Shown here: positions 52,451 to 64,000 of the stretch, one piece after another | Layout: each line of letters opens with the position of its first letter | How positions within the stretch are numbered: position 1 is the stretch's first letter | NCBI GenBank assembly: GCA_963719315.1 | Contig: CAVRBU010000005.1 | Span: forward strand, 96,001-160,000 | Origin: an uncultured Planctomycetota bacterium | GTDB lineage: Bacteria; Planctomycetota; Planctomycetia; Pirellulales; Lacipirellulaceae | Length of the DNA: 64,000 nt | Direction of reading: 5' to 3' | Position numbers and translations under genes: made by a program | Notes under the pieces: generated by a model | Told to the model about the DNA's origin: nothing | The model's input: only the letters and a program-made list of their open reading frames with translations | Database searches by the model: none

Positions 52451-53590
52451 TTACCCTTGGAAAACGACGGCCGGCTCAACGACCATCACGCGCTGCATGC
52501 TCAACAAACTCGACAGGATGCTGATCGCGCCGACCGCCAGCCCCGTGCCGATAAACACTTCCGGCGGCATGTAAAACGCGAGCTTCGAGCCGGGCGAGGT
52601 GGCAAACTTGCCGAACCACGTGGCGGCCCCAATGCCCAGCCCGAAACCGATGAGACTGACCAACATCGCTTGCAGCAGGATCATGCCCATCAGCGACCAG
52701 TTGCCGGCGCCCATCGCCTTGAGCGCGCCGTATTGCTTGATGTTCTCGATCGTAAACAAGTAAAACGTCTGGGCTGCGATCGCCGTGCCGACGATGAAGC
52801 CCAGCGCCACCGTGATGCCGAAATTGAACGGAATGCCCGTCTTCCGCATGAAATACATCATCGTGATCCACTCGAACTGCTTGCCGGTGACTGCCCGCAA
52901 ACCGGTTTGCTCTTGAATTCGCTTGCAAACTTCGTCGACTTTCAGACCCGGTTCGCCCTGGGCCAAGATAAACGACAACACCTTGCGTTCGGGCGGCACG
53001 AAATCGAGCGCTTGCGTGTACCGCGTGTACGCGACTGGAAAGGTTTGGAACGTGCGGCTGGCCTTACAAATGCCGACGATTTCGGCCACATGGTCGTTCA
53101 TTTCAAAGCGTTTGCCGATCCGCGGCTTCTCCCCCGGCCAAAGCAGCTCGTAGCCTTCGAGGTCCATAATTACGGCATCCGGCTTGCGGAGATCGAATAT
53201 GCTGCCGAGGATCATGTGCGTCGGCGCGCCGACCAGAGTGGCGTCGTCCAAGCCCAGCAAAATCGTTTGCTGGAAGTTGCCGTCCTCCAATCGCGACCGG
53301 GTGAGGCCTTTGTACAGTCGCACGGCCCACGACACACCCGACACACCGCGAACGCGGTACAAATCGTTTTCGGAAAGTGGCTTTACGTCATCCGAAAACT
53401 GGACATTGGGATCCATCACCCATATGTCGGCCCCCTGGATATCGCGAATCTGTCCGCTGGTTTGCAGCATCAGGCCGCAAAAGATCGAGGCCTGCTGCGC
53501 GATCAACAGCGACGCGAACGCGATGCCCAGGATGATTCCCAGATATTTACCGCGATTGCCGGTGAGCATTTTGAGCGCGATCCAACTCAT
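52451..53590 (-). CDS. ABC permease (FtsX/DevC-like)
   Basis: N-terminal TM, periplasmic domain, YGALKAMGA, three C-terminal TM. Confidence 0.9.
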   Translation of the reverse strand: MSWIALKMLTGNRGKYLGIILGIAFASLLIAQQASIFCGLMLQTSGQIRDIQGADIWVMDPNVQFSDDVKPLSENDLYRVRGVSGVSWAVRLYKGLTRSRLEDGNFQQTILLGLDDATLVGAPTHMILGSIFDLRKPDAVIMDLEGYELLWPGEKPRIGKRFEMNDHVAEIVGICKASRTFQTFPVAYTRYTQALDFVPPERKVLSFILAQGEPGLKVDEVCKRIQEQTGLRAVTGKQFEWITMMYFMRKTGIPFNFGITVALGFIVGTAIAAQTFYLFTIENIKQYGALKAMGAGNWSLMGMILLQAMLVSLIGFGLGIGAATWFGKFATSPGSKLAFYMPPEVFIGTGLAVGAISILSSLLSMQRVMVVEPAVVFQG

Positions 53591-54237
53591 CTTACGGCTC
53601 CAGTGCTCGGGGCGCGAGACGCTCGATCGATCGACGCCAGCGAAAAGTCGGTGATGTGCCGCGCTAACCGCTCAATGTCGAGCGCAGCGTACTCACCCGC
53701 ACTCAGCAGATTGCGAATAACCGGATCGGCGAAGTGATAGAACAAGCACTGGCCGACGATGCTGAATGCCGTCAGTCGCAGTTCGTCGTTCGTCGCTTCG
53801 ACGGGCAGCAACTCGCGCAGAATTTTTAGCAGGATTTCGAACTGCGGCCGAATCGACGACTGCACGAGTTCCGCGCAGGCGGCCGTTGGATTCGCCATCT
53901 CGCGCATCATGAGCTTCGAGTGCCAGGTCCCGTCGGGACCGGTGCGGACGCGGCGAATGAACGTAATGATGAAATCCGCCAGCTTTGTTTCCGCCCGCGT
54001 GTCTTCCGACCATGGGGGCAGCGGAAATTGCTCCATCCGCCAGTGATGCGCCTGGACAACGGCCTCGACATACAGCCGCTGCTTATCGCCGAAGTAATAA
54101 TTCACGGCGGCCACATTTGCCCCGGCCCGCTGGCAGATGTCCCGAATCGTCGTGCCGTCGAATCCGCGCTCGGCAAAAATCTCGCCTGCAGCAATTGCGA
54201 TCCGCTCTCTCGTCGTATCCGATTCGCCGATTGCCAT
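53587..54237 (-). CDS. TetR-family regulator (CecR/DUF1956-like)
   Basis: AAGEIFAERGF, NVAAVNYYFGDK, FSIVGQCL. Confidence 0.9.
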   Translation of the reverse strand: MAIGESDTTRERIAIAAGEIFAERGFDGTTIRDICQRAGANVAAVNYYFGDKQRLYVEAVVQAHHWRMEQFPLPPWSEDTRAETKLADFIITFIRRVRTGPDGTWHSKLMMREMANPTAACAELVQSSIRPQFEILLKILRELLPVEATNDELRLTAFSIVGQCLFYHFADPVIRNLLSAGEYAALDIERLARHITDFSLASIDRASRAPSTGAVR

Positions 54238-54251
54238 GGAAATACCACTAG

Positions 54252-54280
54252 AAAACGACCGTTTCAAACATCTGTTTCAA
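54252..54280. promoter_or_regulatory. putative TetR operator palindromes
   Basis: aaacg-ac-cgttt overlapping aaaca-tc-tgttt just upstream of the TetR start. Confidence 0.5.
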
Positions 54281-54363
54281 TCAAGTGTATCTGAAACGAT
54301 TGGTGTGTCAAGCGGTCCGCCCACGGAAAAAGAGGGGGCGCGTCCAAAGGAGTAGGTCTAGGC

Positions 54364-54395
54364 GTAGGGTGTGTCGAGTCCGCGAGACACACCAT
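54364..54395 (+). repeat. GTAG-type REP
   Basis: gtagggtgtgtcgagtccgcgagacacaccat, identical to 57537-57568. Confidence 0.85.
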
Positions 54396-54587
54396 CCGGC
54401 TGAATCCAACTGTCCGCCGCGCACCGATATCAACATTCACCCCTGGCCGATGCAAGGCGATAGAGCTGTTTCTCGACCGATTTGCGGAACCGTCATAAAT
54501 CCGATAAACTATTACTAATACTATTGCAATGTCATTGTCGATTATAGTACAATACATTATATCGGGATAATTAAGATTGTTCTCTCA

Positions 54588-55121
54588 GTGAAGGACCAGA
54601 GAATGTCGCAAGATCAAGTAATTGTTGTGTTTACGGATGAGAGTGCTGAACGGATTCTCCTTAAGGGGGGAACGTCGGCTTGGCGATTGAAGCCAAATCA
54701 CGCTCGTCAGTGTAGCTACGTTCTTTGTACCCGCAACGTGAACGGTAACGGGGGTAGAGGACCGGTAGAGCATTACACCGGCTTTCTGATGGGTAAGCTA
54801 GCAGATGTTGTTTCCGTTCCAGGTTCCCACAACGGCGATCGCTATTTGGCTCAATTTAGTGAATACGCGCACGTCAACATTCCTGACGCATGGAATAAGG
54901 GCGATCGAAACCCGATACGATATTCAGCCCTTGAAGAGATCGCAGTTGACGCATCATCTCTGAAATGGAAACCGATGCCAGCGCCGGCCGAAAGCGGCGG
55001 CAATTCCGAACCCAGTGAGCGCCCGGCACTGGCCGCGCTTACGTTGCAAGAGGCAAAGATGGGATTAGCGGTGACGTTTGGAGTGAAACCAGAAGCGATC
55101 GAAATCACGATTCGAGCGTGA
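54588..55121 (+). CDS. hypothetical protein
   Basis: Clean 177-aa ORF after an AT-rich leader; ends LTLQEAKMGLAVTFGVKPEAIEITIRA. Confidence 0.7.
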   Translation: MKDQRMSQDQVIVVFTDESAERILLKGGTSAWRLKPNHARQCSYVLCTRNVNGNGGRGPVEHYTGFLMGKLADVVSVPGSHNGDRYLAQFSEYAHVNIPDAWNKGDRNPIRYSALEEIAVDASSLKWKPMPAPAESGGNSEPSERPALAALTLQEAKMGLAVTFGVKPEAIEITIRA

Positions 55122-55443
55122 TCTACCCCGTTAACGGCGTCATATTTCCTCTGACAATGTGTGGGCCAATGCTGATGGTTGGCAAGCGCGAGTTCGTTCG
55201 CGGGACCGACGCCATTGCATTTATCGAGCGGCTAATAGAGCGAGCCGCCGCTGTTTGATAACTGGATTCGCCGCTGCACGCCGCGAGCGGACATCAACAT
55301 TCATCCTTGGTCGGAATGGGAGGCAAGGGAATTATTTCTCGACCGATTCACCGAACTGACGGGATCGTGAAACGGCGCTTAGTCCCGTTGCGTTAATGAA
55401 AGCTTCGGTGCTGCCACGATATTCCGCTAATCGCGGTTTTCGA

Positions 55444-56841
55444 CTAGGGCACTCCAAACGTCTTCAGTTTTTCTCCGTTAGTCGCATCCCAGAGAATTGC
55501 GGCATTGCCCATAGCTGTGAGCACTTTCCGACCATCCGGACTGAATGCAACGCACGGCGGGACACCCTTAAATGTCCTCAGTTTTTCTCCGCTGGCGGCG
55601 TCCCACAGAATAGGGGTCCCATTTTTGGAGCCGGTAAGCACTTGACGACCGTCCGGACTGAATTTGCCAGAATCCCCGTCGAAAGTCCTCAGCTTGCGGC
55701 CCGTGACAGCGTCAAATAGTGTTTCGGCATCGTCCGCCGTGCCGATCAGCACTTGATGTCCGTCCGGGCTAAAAGCGACGGAGAATACAGCATAAAATAT
55801 CTCGTCGAATGTTCTGAGCTTCTTTCCGTTGGCGGCGTCCCACAGTATGGCGGGCGTTGAGCCAGTGAGAACCTGCCGACCGTCCGGGCTAAATGCGATG
55901 CTCTCTACAGCAGCAAACTTTTCGCGTCCGCGCGCATCGAAGGTTCGTATCCTTTGTCCGGTTGCCGCGTCCCAAAGGATTGCACTTCCATCCGTTGAGC
56001 CAGTGAACACCTGACGACCATTTGGACTGAACGCGACGGAGATTACTTCCTCGGTGTGGCCAAGAAACGTCTGTAGTTTTTGCCCGCTGGCTGCGTCCCA
56101 CAAAATAGCATTATTCTCGAATGAGCCGGTAAGCACTTGGCGGCCATCTGGACTGAATGCGACGGAAGTTACCACGTCCGAAATCTCAAACGTCCTGAGC
56201 TTACGCGCGGTGGCTGTATCCCAAAGGATGGCAGTGTTGTCGTCTGAACCGGTGAGCACTTGTCTTCCGTCGGCGCTAAACGCAACAGATTCTACAGACT
56301 CTTTGTGCCCCTCGGGCGGCCCGGCGGCTGGTGGCGCTGAGTACTTACCCTCCTCCGCTGGAGCACTGCCATCGGCGCTTTGTTTGACGCTCAGTGGTTT
56401 CGGCTGAGGTGCCGGTCCCGGAACATTTGCTTCCTTGTTGTTGGGTGCAGCCGTGTTGGGAGCCTCGCTTACGGGAGGCGAGGACTTCCGTCCTGTCTGT
56501 AGGAACGTAGCACAAGCAAATCCGAGTAAGATGCAAGCCACAAACCCCGCAGTTATCAGTGCGATCTTGAAGAAACGGTCCATCTTCGTCGCGCCTTGCA
56601 CTGTATTATCTGCAACGCTTTGCTCGCGGACTTCATTCACAGCGGCCGATTTTGCGGGAATGGGCGATTGCCCAGCAGTAAATAGCCCCTTAATTTGTGA
56701 AGCTGTGCACCACTCGGCCATGTCGGCTCGGCGGACTTTGTCGGTGGCTGTGAGTCGGCCTGAGGAGGCCAGCTGCTTTAGGACGGTTGCTTCAATTGGC
56801 CCAGATGTTCGGCCGTCGATGAGGTAGAACCATTTCGCCAT
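55444..56841 (-). CDS. GYF_2(DUF4339)-TM-WD40 repeat protein
   Basis: MAKWFYLIDGRTSGP N-terminus; TM; about 7 VAFSPDGRQVLTGS...ILWDA repeats. Confidence 0.88.
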   Translation of the reverse strand: MAKWFYLIDGRTSGPIEATVLKQLASSGRLTATDKVRRADMAEWCTASQIKGLFTAGQSPIPAKSAAVNEVREQSVADNTVQGATKMDRFFKIALITAGFVACILLGFACATFLQTGRKSSPPVSEAPNTAAPNNKEANVPGPAPQPKPLSVKQSADGSAPAEEGKYSAPPAAGPPEGHKESVESVAFSADGRQVLTGSDDNTAILWDTATARKLRTFEISDVVTSVAFSPDGRQVLTGSFENNAILWDAASGQKLQTFLGHTEEVISVAFSPNGRQVFTGSTDGSAILWDAATGQRIRTFDARGREKFAAVESIAFSPDGRQVLTGSTPAILWDAANGKKLRTFDEIFYAVFSVAFSPDGHQVLIGTADDAETLFDAVTGRKLRTFDGDSGKFSPDGRQVLTGSKNGTPILWDAASGEKLRTFKGVPPCVAFSPDGRKVLTAMGNAAILWDATNGEKLKTFGVP

Positions 56842-56991
56842 GATCCGCTTTCTTATTCGCGCGGACTAACGTGGTAGGATTGCGCGGCCAGGTCTCTGTT
56901 TTCAGCGGGGTTTATTCTAACCAGCCGCAATCGGATCGCAAGTATTGTCGAGATTGCAAATAGGCTGGCAATGGCGTGTCTCACTCACCAC

Positions 56992-57527
56992 TCACTCGCC
57001 CCATTCGGGATCGTCGTAGCCGGGGGCTGGGTCCTCTCGGCCCCAATCGAGCGTGTATTCGCCGGCTTCGACGTACCGGTGGAACGACGACCATTGCCAG
57101 TCCTTCACGCTCGTGACCAAGCCGTGCTTCTTTGGATTCCAATGCGTGTAGTCGACACATCGCTTGAGATCGTCTTCGTCATCGACGGTGTGCTCCCAAA
57201 AACGCTTTTGCCAAACGCCGCGCATGCCATGATCGGCGCGAGCGCGACTGGCGCAGTTCACGGCCGCCTTGGCCGAGGAAGCTCCGCGTGAACGCTTCTT
57301 TGATCTTTTGAAGGCGCAGGGAATACCGGCTGTCGCCGCGCGGCAAAGTACACGCAGTGTGCCAATGGTCCGGCAGCAACACGATCGCCACGATTTCAAA
57401 GGGCCACTTCTGGTGAACTTTTTCGATTGCCTCGTGCAGGCAGGTGCGGGCGAGATCGCTTGTGAGAAATCGGCGACGCCGGTACGTCACTACTACCCTG
57501 AACATAATTCCGCCGGTAGTTCGCCAT
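56992..57527 (-). pseudogene. REP-associated tyrosine transposase (RAYT, Y1 HUH), disrupted
   Basis: MANYRRNYV; VVTYRRRRFL; LLPDHWH (HUH); VWQKRFWEH; DYTHWNPKKHG; two frame breaks. Confidence 0.85.
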
Positions 57528-57536
57528 GTGATTGAT

Positions 57537-57620
57537 GTAGGGTGTGTCGAGTCCGCGAGACACACCATAACAATTCCATCCCTAAATTGGTGTGTCTCGC
57601 CAAGCCTCGACACACCCTAC
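57537..57620. repeat. inverted REP doublet upstream of the RAYT
   Basis: GTAG-REP 57537-57568 and inverted REP ending CTAC 57588-57620. Confidence 0.88.
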
Positions 57621-57630
57621 TCGCCTCGCC

Positions 57631-62010
<4,380 letters not shown>

Positions 62011-62059
62011 ATCTTTCGCTCCTAACGTGGTCGAAGCGGGGCGTGATCGGTTAAAACAA

Positions 62060-62542
62060 ATTTGTCATTGCAAATTTGTCATTTGTAATTGGTCATTTCG
62101 GGGGCGGAGTGATGGATTCCGGTCTTGCTGGTTCTTGACGAGAACTCTGCGCGCAGTCGATAATGATTGCCCCAGGATTCGGCATAGCTGATCTGATTCG
62201 TCAAGCACATCGGAAAGCATATTTTCTGAGATCGATCCTGAACGCGCGATCAAACGAAGCCAATATCTAGTTTCACGAAGCTCTTTAAGTGCGATGCTTA
62301 ACTTATGTACGAAATCCCTTCGACTCTCCGCGGCTCGTCCTTCTTCATAATTCGGCGCCGGCGAAGTTCCCGATCGTATTATTTGACTTGCGATATGCCG
62401 ACCGAGTCTTGAATCCGGCAATGAATCGGCAACTTTCCCAATCCGCGCCGCAAAATCCAACAATCGGTCCGCTAATTCATCAGGTGTCACTTAGGTTCCT
62501 TCTGAAATGACCAATGACAAATGACAAATTTGCAATGACAAA

Positions 62543-62543
<1 letters not shown>
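62060..62543. mobile_element. putative cassette bounded by 40-bp heptameric terminal inverted repeats
   Basis: 62060-62099 and 62504-62543 are reverse complements with one mismatch; mobility is inferred, not shown. Confidence 0.6.
62065..62490 (-). CDS. four-helix-bundle protein (23S rRNA IVP / TIGR02436-like)
   Basis: L.DRLLDFA, QIIRSGTSPAPNYEEG, ESRRDFVHKLSIALKELRETRYWL. Confidence 0.92.
   Translation of the reverse strand: MTPDELADRLLDFAARIGKVADSLPDSRLGRHIASQIIRSGTSPAPNYEEGRAAESRRDFVHKLSIALKELRETRYWLRLIARSGSISENMLSDVLDESDQLCRILGQSLSTARRVLVKNQQDRNPSLRPRNDQLQMTNLQ

Positions 62544-64000
<1,457 letters not shown>

Noticed and set aside
55444..56320. DNA repeats of about 120 nt
   Set aside because: Explained by WD40 coding repeats
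62065..62490. Diversity-generating retroelement suggested by the Avd-like fold
   Set aside because: No reverse transcriptase and no TR/VR pair differing at adenines was seen in the window

Overview
High-GC bacterial DNA, most likely a planctomycete (Pirellulales-like). This rests on planctomycete-type N-terminal motifs, PEP-CTERM and dockerin-like exoproteins, and the r-protein gene order. The minus strand carries the core transcription/translation cluster: rpoB(partial)-rpoC, rpsL-rpsG-fusA, S10-spc-alpha (rpsJ to rplQ), and rpmA-obgE. Accessory blocks interrupt it: a RAYT/REP region, a DevBCA-like exporter, a YtrA-type ABC operon, a DEAD-box helicase, and an IS5 element next to secreted-protein genes. 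The most striking signal is non-coding. About 16 intergenic spacers are almost completely filled by inverted-repeat hairpins whose arms are tandem 7-mers, from roughly nine sequence families. One family occurs 'filled' (40-bp arms, 39/40 complementary, around a four-helix-bundle gene between rpoB and rpoC) and 'empty' (the same arms abutting between rpsL and rpsG). This suggests a poorly described cassette or mobile system that targets stop-start junctions of essential operons. About a dozen genes, including rplF and fusA, are split by small indels, so the assembly probably contains long-read indel errors and most frameshifts should not be read as biology.
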